Source of the DNA: Eledone cirrhosa
Taxonomy: Eukaryota
NCBI GenBank assembly: GCA_964016885.1
Contig: OZ024741.1
Span: forward strand, 295,926,001-295,990,000
Direction: 5' to 3'
Length of the DNA stretch: 64,000 nucleotides
Numbering within the stretch: the stretch's first letter is position 1; every line of letters begins with the position of its first letter. The position numbers and the translations under genes are program-made. Of the stretch, positions 10,922 to 23,794 are shown one piece after another. The notes below the pieces were generated by a model, which saw nothing but the letters and a program-made list of their open reading frames with translations, had not been told where the DNA came from and searched no databases.

Positions 10922-11944
10922 ATTTGTATATGTGTGTATATGTGTTTATGTGCCTCTATGAGTCTGAATCGGTTTGTCTGTCTTAGTGTTGGTGTGTGAG
11001 TAATAGACATGGATTTATGAGAATGTAGTCATATATATATATTTATGTGTGTGCGTACGTGTGTGTGTGTGTACATGTGCGTGTTTGTGTGTATGTGTGT
11101 GTGTGTGTCTTTATATATCTTTATATATATATGATATATTTATTAAAATAACAAATTAAAGTTTAAGCAAAGAATCGCTGCTTTCACCCTTAACGGGATC
11201 TTCTGAAACTAACAAAGTCAATCTGTAAACGCAGAACTGGATATTTCAAAGAACGTTGCAACCGGAGGAAGACAGGAAGACGATACTTTAGTTCGTGGAA
11301 ACGTTCGCTGGCAAAGAACGGGAAAAAACGAATATAACACGTCATTATTTGGAGCGGTGAAAAACAATTACGCGCAAAGACAGAACCACGTTTATGGTAT
11401 AAGAGAGGTCGTAGACTAATGTTCTCTCAAAGGTGGTTCATAGAGACGTTCTCTAGCAATGAACGGAAAAAACGAGGATAATACGTCATATGTGGATCGT
11501 GGAGAACAATAGCACGCAAAGTCAAAACCACGTAAATGGTATAGCAGAAGTCGTAGACTAAACTTCTAACTAGGAGACCGAATGAATCTCCGATACAGAG
11601 TTAAGAACAAAGTAAATAAATACAATACAGAAGTAATAGAAATAAATAAATAAATACACGCAAACAAATACGTACATACACAAGCATACGCAAAACACTT
11701 ACCATAGGTATACAAAACCACGCACATATAAATATGTGTGTGTGTATGCGTGTATACAAATAAATAAATAATTATATAAACGTATATAAATAAATAAATA
11801 CGTATATAACAAGCGCACACACATACCTACATGTAAATACACGAATGTTCGGAGACGTAGGTCAACCAAAACATGAAGTACACATATACACACACCCACA
11901 TACGTACGAACCAGCAAACTCACACAGACGCAAAACTCCCGTAT

Positions 11945-13388
11945 TGGTTCAACGGCATATGTAACAAGGAACATTGCCGTTTTATCCAATTCGACATCAA
12001 CAATTACTACTCCTCCATCACTTTACCACTTCTCCTTAGAGCTATCAATTTCGCTAAAACACTCACAGTGGTTAAGGATTTCGAAGTTGATGTCATCCTC
12101 AATGCCCGTAAGTCGGTGATTAATTTCGACGACTCTATTTGGATTAAAAAATCCAATAGTACCCCATTCGACGTGAGTATGGGCGCCAGTGATTCCGCGG
12201 TGGTTACTGATCTTATCGGCCTATTCCTTCTTTTCTCTATCAAGGACGAATTCCCCAACGCGGGCGGTGCTTTGTACCGTGACGATGGTCTTTTGACCAT
12301 GACTAAGTGCGGACCTCGTGCTTGCGACAGGTTCAGAAAAGAACTCACAGCCTTCTTTAAAGGCTTCAACCTCTCTATACAGGTTGAGGCCAATCTCTCT
12401 GTCGTTAATTACCTCGACGTTACCCTCAATTTATTGAATGGGTTGTATTACCCGTATAGAAAGCCGAATGATACGCTTAATTACATAAGTAAGCATTCCA
12501 ACCATCCTGCCAGCATATCCAAGAACCTGGTAAGAAACGTTTCGTTGAGGCTTTCCCGTCTTTCCACCAACGAGCGTATTTTCAACGACTATTCCACTTA
12601 TTACAATGAAGATCTTGCTCGAATTGGATTTGTCGATAAGGTAGCATATACAGAGTACGAAAATAGACCTAGAAGAAATAGATCCCGTCGCATTTGTTGG
12701 TATAACCCACCATATAATATGGAGGTGGCCACACCATTAGCTAAGATCTTTCTTTCCCTTATTACGAAGCATTTTCCCCCTACACATAAATATAGTAAAC
12801 ATTTTTAATAGAAATACTATTAAAATTTCTTACTCTACGACTCCTAACCTTGCACATAACATCACAGCTTCAAATTTAGCTAAACTACCTAGCCGTAGGA
12901 ACACGTGCAACCCTGTAGTTAGTACTAACTGTAATTGTAGGAATCGGGTTGATTGCCCCCTATCCGGGAAATGCCTTTCTAGTAACATTGTCTACAAATG
13001 TAAGGTTGTAACACCCACGTCCCGTAAGGCCTACATTGGGTTAACCGCCAATAGATTCAAGCAGCGTCTTTACATGCATACCCATTCTTTTCGTTACCCT
13101 CTAAGAAGGAATATGACGTCACTTTCAGCTTATATCTGGAGTCTAAAAGACAACCACACCCAATATAAGTTACACTGGGAGATCCTAGCTAGGGCTAGAT
13201 CGTATAACGGAAATAAAAGACCATGTGACCTCTGCGCCGCTGAGGCCCTGGAAATACTCTACGCCACAGACCACATCTTAAACAAAAAATCTGAGGCAAT
13301 TTCGGCTTGTAAACATAAATTGCACAAAACTTTCTTGTATTACAGCCCCACGATAGTACGATCTATACGTGGATATTTTACGTCTTGA
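11945..13388 (+). pseudogene. PLE RT-GIY-YIG ORF (5'-truncated, one frameshift near 12800)
   Basis: FIQFDINNYYSSI, FDVSMGA, LYRDDG, YLDVTL, SNHP, WYNPPY; after the frameshift FNRNTIKISYS, CNCRNRVDCPLSGKC, IVYKC..AYIGLT..FKQRLYMH, CDLC, CKH. Confidence 0.88.
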
Positions 13389-14292
13389 TGTGGGAGCTAA
13401 GTATATGTTTTGTTTATACCATTACTTATTTGCATAGGTAAGTATATATTACCCGTATGTTTTGTGAAGGTACGTATACCTTCTCGTACGTATATTTGAT
13501 TGTTTATGTTATGGCGTATAATTTTATATATTCTGGTACACATGGTTTGGCTATGTGTATACGGGAGTTTTGCGTCTGTGTGAGTTTGCTGGTTCGTACG
13601 TATGTGGGTGTGTGTATATGTGTACTTCATGTTTTGGTTGACTTACGTCTCCGAACATTCGTGTATTTACATGTAGGTATGTGTGTGCGCTTGTTATATA
13701 CGTATTTATTTATTTATATACGTTTATATAATTATTTATTTATTTGTATACACGCATACACACACACATATTTATATGTGCGTGGTTTTGTATACCTATG
13801 GTAAGTGTTTTGCGTATGCTTGTGTATGTACGTATTTGTTTGCGTGTATTTATTTATTTATTTCTATTACTTCTGTATTGTATTTATTTACTTTGTTCTT
13901 AACTCTGTATCGGAGATTCATTCGGTCTCCTAGTTAGAAGTTTAGTCTACGACTTCTGCTATACCACTTACGTGGTTTTGACTTTGCGTGCTATTGTTCT
14001 CCACGATCCACATATGACGTATTATCCTCGTTTTTTTCGTTCATTGCTAGAGAACGTCTCTATGAACCACCTTTGAGAGAACATTAGTCTACGACCTCTC
14101 TTATACCATAAACGTGGTTCTGTCTTTGCGCGTAATTGTTTTTCACCGCTCCTATTAATGACGTATTATATTCGTTTTTTCCCGTTCTTTGCCAGCGAAC
14201 GTTTCCACGAACCAAAGTATCGTCTTCCTGTCTTCCTCCGGTTGCAACGTTTTTTGAAATATCCACTTCTGCGTTTACAGATTGACTTTGTT

Positions 14293-14343
14293 AGTTTCAG
14301 AAGATCCCGTTAAGGGTGAAAGCAGCGATTCTTTGCTTAAACT
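14293..14343 (+). ncRNA. Hammerhead-like motif in the PLE pLTR with variant core CAGAAGA
   Basis: agttt CAGAAGA tccc gttaa ggg t GAAA gca..tgc TT aaact; same core in the copies at 11160-11210(-), 39086-39136, 39505-39555 and 39453-39503(-). Confidence 0.55.
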
Positions 14344-14469
14344 TTATTATTTTAGTTTAATAAATATTTGCTCTACGGTTCTTATATATTTGATATATAT
14401 TTATCCTTATCGAGCCCTCTTTGGATTTTAGTCTTCAAATTTATAATTATTACTGTATATATGATATAT

Positions 14470-15071
<602 letters not shown>

Positions 15072-15152
15072 GGTAAGCAGAAATAACAACACAATCGGTA
15101 CAGTATATGGAAGGTATATATTAGTGTAACGCTTGAAATAGCAGGAAGAGGG

Positions 15153-15188
15153 TCTTAACGTTTCGGACGCCAGTCCTTCATCAGAAGA
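15153..15188 (-). ncRNA. Minimal type I hammerhead ribozyme in a ~200-bp repeat (15082-15280; second copy 34401-34590)
   Basis: Minus strand: tctt CTGATGA a ggac tggc gtcc GAAA cg TT aaga; the 34.5-kb copy has a mutated core. Confidence 0.7.
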
Positions 15189-15794
15189 AAGAATGAGAAA
15201 TAAGATAGATTGAGGGGACGGGTGGGTTGGAATTGGAAAAAATGTCTTTAGATAGAAATAACAGGTCCATTCATGTTGACATCTCTTTGAAAACTGTTGA
15301 TGCTGGCGTTTTGTGTATGATTTACCATTTATGTTATGTTGTTTATCAATGTGTAGAACTGGTGATTCCGGCTAGAAAACGATGATGCAAAAGATTAAAT
15401 CACTCGACGTTATGCAAATCCCCATCAGAGATGTGTTGTCATGTGTCCAGTACTGGAACGAAGTTAAATATTCATTAAAAATAACAGAAGGTCGGATTGG
15501 AAACAGGTGAGTTTGTTTTTATTGGCAGCATGACTCTTCCAAAGTATAACAATATATGCATATATATATATCAGTGGCGGTGTAACTAGGGGAACCAGGA
15601 GGGCCATAACCCCTCCAATAATTATATTTTCCCCCAAAAACTACCAAAACACACATCTATTTGTATATGCGCTACAATTTATGTACATGTTATGTAGAGA
15701 CTGATGGGAGAGATAGATATAGATATATAGAGAGGGAGAGTTTGGTGGTAATTGATATAGAGAGGGAAGCTGGGAGAGTGTGTTGTATATTAGA

Positions 15795-18700
15795 TATAGA
15801 GAGGGGGAGAGTTTGGTGTTACATGATAGAGAGGGGATTGGAAAAGAGTTCCGTGTAGTAGATATAGAGAGGGGGAGAGTTTGGTGTTACATGATAGAGA
15901 GGGGATTGGAAAAGAGTTCCGTGTAGTAGATATAGAGAGGGAGAGTGTTTGGTGTTACATGGTAGAGAGGGGATTGGAAAAGAGTTCCGTGTAGTAGATA
16001 TAGAGAGGGAGAGTGTTTGGTGTTACATGGTAGAGAGGGGATTAGAAAAGAGTTCCGTGTAGTAGATATAGAGAGGGGGGGTGTTTGGTGTTACATGATA
16101 GAGAGGGGATTGGAATAGAGTTCCGTGTAGTAGATATAGAGAGGGGGAGTGTTTGGTGTTACATGATAGAGAGGGGATTGGAATAGAGTTCCGTGTAGTA
16201 GATATAGAGAGGGGGAGTGTTTGGTGTTACATGATAGAGAGGGGATTGGAAAAGAGTTCCGTGTAGTAGATATAGAGAGGGGGAGTGTTTGGTGTTACAT
16301 GATAGAGAGGGGATTGGAAAAGAGTTCCGTGTAGTAGATATAGAGAGGGAGAGTGTTTGGTGTTACATGATAGAGAGGGGATTGGAAAAGAGTTCCGTGT
16401 AGTAGATATAGAGAGGGAGAGTGTTTGGTGTTACATGGTAGAGAGGGGATTGGAAAAGAGTTTCGTGTAGTAGATATAGAGAGGGGGAGTGTTTGGTGTT
16501 ACATGATAGAGAGGGGATTGGAAAAGAGTTCCGTGTAGTAGATATAGAGAGGGAGAGTGTTTGGTGTTACATGATAGAGAGGGGATTGGAAAAGAGTTCC
16601 GTGTAGTAGATATAGAGAGGGAGAGTGTTTGGTGTTACATGGTAGAGAGGGGATTGGAAAAGAGTTTCGTGTAGTAGATATAGAGAGGGGGAGTGTTTGG
16701 TGTTACATGGTAGAGAGGGGATTGGAAAAGAGTTCCGTGTAGTAGATATAGAGAGGGGGAGTGTTTGGTGTTACATGATAGAGAGGGGATTGGAAAAGAG
16801 TTCCGTGTAGTAGATATAGAGAGGGAGAGTGTTTGGTGTTACATGATAGAGAGGGGATTGGAAAAGAGTTCCGTGTAGTAGATATAGAGAGGGGGAGTGT
16901 TTGGTGTTACATGATAGAGAGGGGATTGGAAAAGAGTTCCGTGTAGTAGATATAGAGAGGGGGAGTGTTTGGTGTTACATGATAGGGAGGGGATTGGAAA
17001 AGAGTTCCGTGTAGTAGATATAGAGAGGGAGAGTGTTTGGTGTTACATGATAGAGAGGGGATTGGAAAAGAGTTCCGTGTAGTAGTTATAGAGAGAGGGA
17101 GTGTTTGGTGTTACATGATAGGGAGGGGATTGGAAAAGAGTTCCGTGTAGTAGATATAGAGAGGGGGAGTGTTTGGTGTTACATGATAGGGAGGGGATTG
17201 GAAAAGAGTTCCGTGTAGTAGATATAGAGAGGGGGAGTGTTTGGTGTTACATGATAGAGAGGGGATTGGAAAAGAGTTCCGTGTAGTAGATATAGAGAGA
17301 GGGGGTGTTTGGTGTTACATGATAGAGAGGGGATTGGAATAGAGTTCCGTGTAGTAGATATAGAGAGGGAGAGTGTTTGGTGTTACATGGTAGAGAGGGG
17401 ATTGGAAAAGAGTTCCGTGTAGTAGATATAGAGAGGGGGAGTGTTTGGTGTTACATGGTAGAGAGGGGATTAGAAAAGAGTTCCGTGTAGTAGATATAGA
17501 GAGGGAGAGTGTTTGGTGTTACATGGTAGAGAGGGGATTGGAAAAGAGTTCCGTGTAGTAGATATAGAGAGGGGGGTGTTTGGTGTTACATGGTAGAGAG
17601 GGGATTAGAAAAGAGTTCCGTGTAGTAGATATAGAGAGGGAGAGTGTTTGGTGTTACATGGTAGAGAGGGGATTAGAAAAGAGTTCCGTGTAGTAGATAT
17701 AGAGAGGGGAAGTGTTTGGTGTTACATGATAGAGGGGGGATTGGAATAGAGTTCCGTGTAGTAGATATAGAGAGGGGGAGTGTTTGGTGTTACATGATAG
17801 AGAGGGGATTGGAAAAGAGTTCCGTGTAGTAGATATAGAGAGGGAGAGTGTTTGGTGTTACATGATAGAGAGGGGATTGGAAAAGAGTTCCGTGTAGTAG
17901 ATATAGAGAGGGGGAGTGTTTGGTGTTACATGATTGAGAGGGGATTGGAAAAGAGTTCCGTGTAGTAGATATAGAGAGGGGGAGTGTTTGGTGTTACATG
18001 ATTGAGAGGGGATTGGAATAGAGTTCCGTGTAGTAGATATAGAGAGGGGGAGTGTTTGGTGTTACATGATTGAGAGGGGATTGGAAAAGAGTTCCGTGTA
18101 GTAGATATAGAGAGGGGGAGTGTTTGGTGTTACATGGTAGAGAGGGGATTGGAAAAGAGTTCCGTGTAGTAGATATAGAGAGAGGGGGTGTTTGGTGTTA
18201 CATGATAGAGAGGGGATTGGAAAAGAGTTCCGTGTAGTAGATATAGAGAGGGGAAGTGTTTGGTGTTACATGATAGAGAGGGGATTGGAAAAGAGTTCCG
18301 TGTAGTAGATATAGAGAGGGGGAGTGTTTGGTGTTACATGATAGAGAGGGGATTGGAAAAGAGTTCCGTGTAGTAGATATAGAGAGGGAGAGTGTTTGGT
18401 GTTACATGGTAGAGAGGGGATTGGAAAAGAGTTTCGTGTAGTAGATATAGAGAGAGGGGGAGTGTTTGGTGTTACATGGTAGAGAGGGGATTGGAAAAGA
18501 GTTCCGTGTAGTAGATATAGAGAGGGGAAGTGTTTGGTGTTACATGATAGAGAGGGGATTGGAAAAGAGTTCCGTGTAGTAGATATAGAGAGGGAGAGTG
18601 TTTGGCGTTACATGATGGAGGGGGGATTGGAAAAGAGTTCCGTGTAGTAGATATAGAGAGGGGGAGTGTTTGGTGTTACATGATAGAGAGGGGATTGGAA

Positions 18701-21692
18701 AAGAGTTCCGTGTAGTAGATATAGAGAGGGGGAGTGTTTGGTGTTAATTGATAGAGAGGGGATTGGAAAAGAGTTCCGTGTAGTAGATATAGAGAGGGGG
18801 AGTGTTTGGTGTTAATTGATAGAGAGGGGATTGGAAAAGAGTTCCGTGTAGTAGATATAGAGAGGGGGAGTGTTTGGTGTTACATGATAGAGAGGGGATT
18901 GGAATAGAGTTCCGTGTAGTAGATATAGAGAGGGGGAGTGTTTGGTGTTACATGATAGAGAGGGGATTGGAAAAGAGTTCCGTGTAGTAGATATAGAGAG
19001 GGGGAGTGTTTGGTGTTACATGATAGAGAGGGGATTGGAAAAGAGTTCCGTGTAGTAGATATAGAGAGGGAGAGTGTTTGGTGTTACATGATAGAGAGGG
19101 GATTGGAAAAGAGTTCCGTGTAGTAGATATAGAGAGGGAGAGTGTTTGGTGTTACATGGTAGAGAGGGGATTGGAAAAGAGTTTCGTGTAGTAGATATAG
19201 AGAGGGGGAGTGTTTGGTGTTACATGATAGAGAGGGGATTGGAAAAGAGTTCCGTGTAGTAGATATAGAGAGGGAGAGTGTTTGGTGTTACATGATAGAG
19301 AGGGGATTGGAAAAGAGTTCCGTGTAGTAGATATAGAGAGGGAGAGTGTTTGGTGTTACATGGTAGAGAGGGGATTGGAAAAGAGTTTCGTGTAGTAGAT
19401 ATAGAGAGGGGGAGTGTTTGGTGTTACATGGTAGAGAGGGGATTGGAAAAGAGTTCCGTGTAGTAGATATAGAGAGGGGGAGTGTTTGGTGTTACATGAT
19501 AGAGAGGGGATTGGAAAAGAGTTCCGTGTAGTAGATATAGAGAGGGAGAGTGTTTGGTGTTACATGATAGAGAGGGGATTGGAAAAGAGTTCCGTGTAGT
19601 AGATATAGAGAGGGGGAGTGTTTGGTGTTACATGATAGAGAGGGGATTGGAAAAGAGTTCCGTGTAGTAGATATAGAGAGGGGGAGTGTTTGGTGTTACA
19701 TGATAGGGAGGGGATTGGAAAAGAGTTCCGTGTAGTAGATATAGAGAGGGAGAGTGTTTGGTGTTACATGATAGAGAGGGGATTGGAAAAGAGTTCCGTG
19801 TAGTAGTTATAGAGAGAGGGAGTGTTTGGTGTTACATGATAGGGAGGGGATTGGAAAAGAGTTCCGTGTAGTAGATATAGAGAGGGGGAGTGTTTGGTGT
19901 TACATGATAGGGAGGGGATTGGAAAAGAGTTCCGTGTAGTAGATATAGAGAGGGGGAGTGTTTGGTGTTACATGATAGAGAGGGGATTGGAAAAGAGTTC
20001 CGTGTAGTAGATATAGAGAGAGGGGGTGTTTGGTGTTACATGATAGAGAGGGGATTGGAATAGAGTTCCGTGTAGTAGATATAGAGAGGGAGAGTGTTTG
20101 GTGTTACATGGTAGAGAGGGGATTGGAAAAGAGTTCCGTGTAGTAGATATAGAGAGGGGGAGTGTTTGGTGTTACATGGTAGAGAGGGGATTAGAAAAGA
20201 GTTCCGTGTAGTAGATATAGAGAGGGAGAGTGTTTGGTGTTACATGGTAGAGAGGGGATTGGAAAAGAGTTCCGTGTAGTAGATATAGAGAGGGGGGTGT
20301 TTGGTGTTACATGGTAGAGAGGGGATTAGAAAAGAGTTCCGTGTAGTAGATATAGAGAGGGAGAGTGTTTGGTGTTACATGGTAGAGAGGGGATTAGAAA
20401 AGAGTTCCGTGTAGTAGATATAGAGAGGGGAAGTGTTTGGTGTTACATGATAGAGGGGGGATTGGAATAGAGTTCCGTGTAGTAGATATAGAGAGGGGGA
20501 GTGTTTGGTGTTACATGATAGAGAGGGGATTGGAAAAGAGTTCCGTGTAGTAGATATAGAGAGGGAGAGTGTTTGGTGTTACATGATAGAGAGGGGATTG
20601 GAAAAGAGTTCCGTGTAGTAGATATAGAGAGGGGGAGTGTTTGGTGTTACATGATTGAGAGGGGATTGGAAAAGAGTTCCGTGTAGTAGATATAGAGAGG
20701 GGGAGTGTTTGGTGTTACATGATTGAGAGGGGATTGGAATAGAGTTCCGTGTAGTAGATATAGAGAGGGGGAGTGTTTGGTGTTACATGATTGAGAGGGG
20801 ATTGGAAAAGAGTTCCGTGTAGTAGATATAGAGAGGGGGAGTGTTTGGTGTTACATGGTAGAGAGGGGATTGGAAAAGAGTTCCGTGTAGTAGATATAGA
20901 GAGAGGGGGTGTTTGGTGTTACATGATAGAGAGGGGATTGGAAAAGAGTTCCGTGTAGTAGATATAGAGAGGGGAAGTGTTTGGTGTTACATGATAGAGA
21001 GGGGATTGGAAAAGAGTTCCGTGTAGTAGATATAGAGAGGGGGAGTGTTTGGTGTTACATGATAGAGAGGGGATTGGAAAAGAGTTCCGTGTAGTAGATA
21101 TAGAGAGGGAGAGTGTTTGGTGTTACATGGTAGAGAGGGGATTGGAAAAGAGTTTCGTGTAGTAGATATAGAGAGAGGGGGAGTGTTTGGTGTTACATGG
21201 TAGAGAGGGGATTGGAAAAGAGTTCCGTGTAGTAGATATAGAGAGGGGAAGTGTTTGGTGTTACATGATAGAGAGGGGATTGGAAAAGAGTTCCGTGTAG
21301 TAGATATAGAGAGGGAGAGTGTTTGGCGTTACATGATGGAGGGGGGATTGGAAAAGAGTTCCGTGTAGTAGATATAGAGAGGGGGAGTGTTTGGTGTTAC
21401 ATGATAGAGAGGGGATTGGAAAAGAGTTCCGTGTAGTAGATATAGAGAGGGGGAGTGTTTGGTGTTAATTGATAGAGAGGGGATTGGAAAAGAGTTCCGT
21501 GTAGTAGATATAGAGAGGGGGAGTGTTTGGTGTTAATTGATAGAGAGGGGATTGGAAAAGAGTTCCGTGTAGTAGATATAGAGAGGGGGAGTGTTTGGTG
21601 TTACATGATAGAGAGGGGATTGGAAAAGAGTTCCGTGTAGTAGATATAGAGAGGGGGAGTGTTTGGTGTTAATTGATATAGAGAGGGGATTG
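15795..21692. repeat. 68-bp tandem satellite, about 87 units
   Basis: Unit GATATAGAGAGGGGGAGTGTTTGGTGTTACATGATAGAGAGGGGATTGGAAAAGAGTTCCGTGTAGTA; period measured 15861 to 15929. Confidence 0.97.
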
Positions 21693-21723
21693 CACGGCTG
21701 ATACATGAATCTAAGTATGCACA

Positions 21724-21869
<146 letters not shown>

Positions 21870-23068
21870 CATATGTACGTATGGGTTGTATCGAACATGA
21901 ATAATAATGTTCGGACTGTTTGTAAACAAACAGTCCGATTTGAGGCTGTGCCAGTGACCGTCATCTGGTATTCAACACTGGCTTTGAGGAACAATCAACA
22001 TGTTTCTGGGTCATTACCATTCATCAGGACTGTATACCTCCGCCAGTCTGTTGAACGGCTGAAAATTGTCAGAGGGAGTGAGGAGGGGAGTTAACAGGAA
22101 GAAGAGGAAAGGAGAGGAAAAATAGAAATAAAAATAAAGATGAAAATCAAAATAAATAAAAAACAAAATTAAAAAAATATATAAAAAAAACAGAATTTTA
22201 AAAATGTGAAAATCAAAGAGGCTGGCAGGGGTGTACGGGTCCCGGATAGCAAGGGTATGGTGGTGTATAAGGGGTGGCTGGGGAAGAGAGAGGGGCGAAA
22301 GTGTGGTGGGGGGGGAGAACATTAGAGTCCGAGCGGGGACGGCGGAAGGTAAGGTGTGTGTGTATGTGTGGATGTAAATGTGAGAGTCTGGAAGGAAGCG
22401 AGTGTATGTCAATGTGGGTGTTGAGAAACCATTGTGTGTGTTGGTGTGGAATGTATGTCTGTGCGGGTATAGTCCTTGTATGGGTGTAGGTTGGTGTGTG
22501 TGTGTGTGGATGGGATGAGATGAATTCGTGTCAAATCCGGAGGCGGTGTGGGGTCAAGTGTGGTTGTATGTGTAGATGTGCAAGTGTGTATGTGTGTGTT
22601 TCAATAATTTCTATACTTTTCATTTATATATATATATGTCATAGCACCAGGGTGTGTGTAGCCAGATTGTGCGTGCTGCAAGGGTGGGGGGGGGGATCCA
22701 TTGGGATCTGCCGTATGGGATACTTGTGTACAAGTAAAAATTTGTCAGCATTTTCTTTTCCTTTTTACTAATATATCACAACGCGTGTGTCACACCTCTA
22801 TTTTTTAATATATATATATATAATTGGTGTTGGATGCTTAAAGCGTCCGTATGCGGTAGGCCGTATGAGCACTCGATGCCATCATAGAGCGGAGTATGAT
22901 ATCACAGAAAATCTGCTTCGTAGAATCGAGACGTATCCAAGGACCGCGCGATTTCAGAGTCAGGTTTGATCACCACATCGATCGTGCCTCGAGCTGGTCG
23001 CCCGAGACACGATTGTTATATGTCCAATAAATTCCTTTTGTCGCAACACTGATTCTCTTTTTTCTGTG

Positions 23069-23184
<116 letters not shown>

Positions 23185-23794
23185 ATATATTTATTTATGC
23201 ATATATATGTGTGTGTGAGTGTTTAGTTTTATCTGAGGCATCAATCAATAGCACACTCCATCTATTTCTATCAAATTCTATCTCTCTCCCTTCTCTCTCC
23301 CACCTCTCTCTCCCTCCTCTCTCTCTCTCTCCTCTCTACCTCTCCATCCTCACTTATCCCCCCCCCTCACTCTATATCTGTTATCAATGCGTTATTATTG
23401 TATCTTGCAATGCCTCTCTGCGTTTGACTATCCCACACCCGCGTGCGTGCACGTATATATGTATATCTTTATATATAAAGCACAAGTGTCATATGACAGC
23501 CAATTTGTGCTAACTTTGACAGGGAAATGGTAATTAGATATCTCCCTCCCTACCTGCTTTCTCACTTTCACGGTGTTAACAAGCAGTCTTCTGCTACTAT
23601 CTATCTAGCTATCTCCATCCAACCGTCTATCTGTTTCTCTGCCTGCCTGTCTGACTGATCAACTATCTTTCTATCTATCTTCATAACTGTCTATCTACCT
23701 ACATACAAACCTACTTACAGGTGTAGTTACTTTGGGACATGAACGAGAATAACATCACTCCACCAATCCCAATAGCAGTTCAAAGATAGATATA

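Larger units (their letters stand above)
11140..14445 (+). mobile_element. Penelope-like element (Naiad type), 5'-truncated, with inverted pLTR copy
   Basis: 11140-11944 is the reverse complement of about 13559-14365; between them lies an RT + GIY-YIG ORF; full pLTR about 13380-14445. Confidence 0.9.

Noticed and set aside
11873-11944. ATG-initiated N-terminus of the PLE ORF (MKYTYTHTH...)
   Set aside because: It comes from the inverted pLTR arm fused by chance in frame to the truncated RT.
15795-21692. CRISPR-like regular array
   Set aside because: Units are contiguous with no unique spacers, there are no cas genes, and the context is eukaryotic; it is a satellite.
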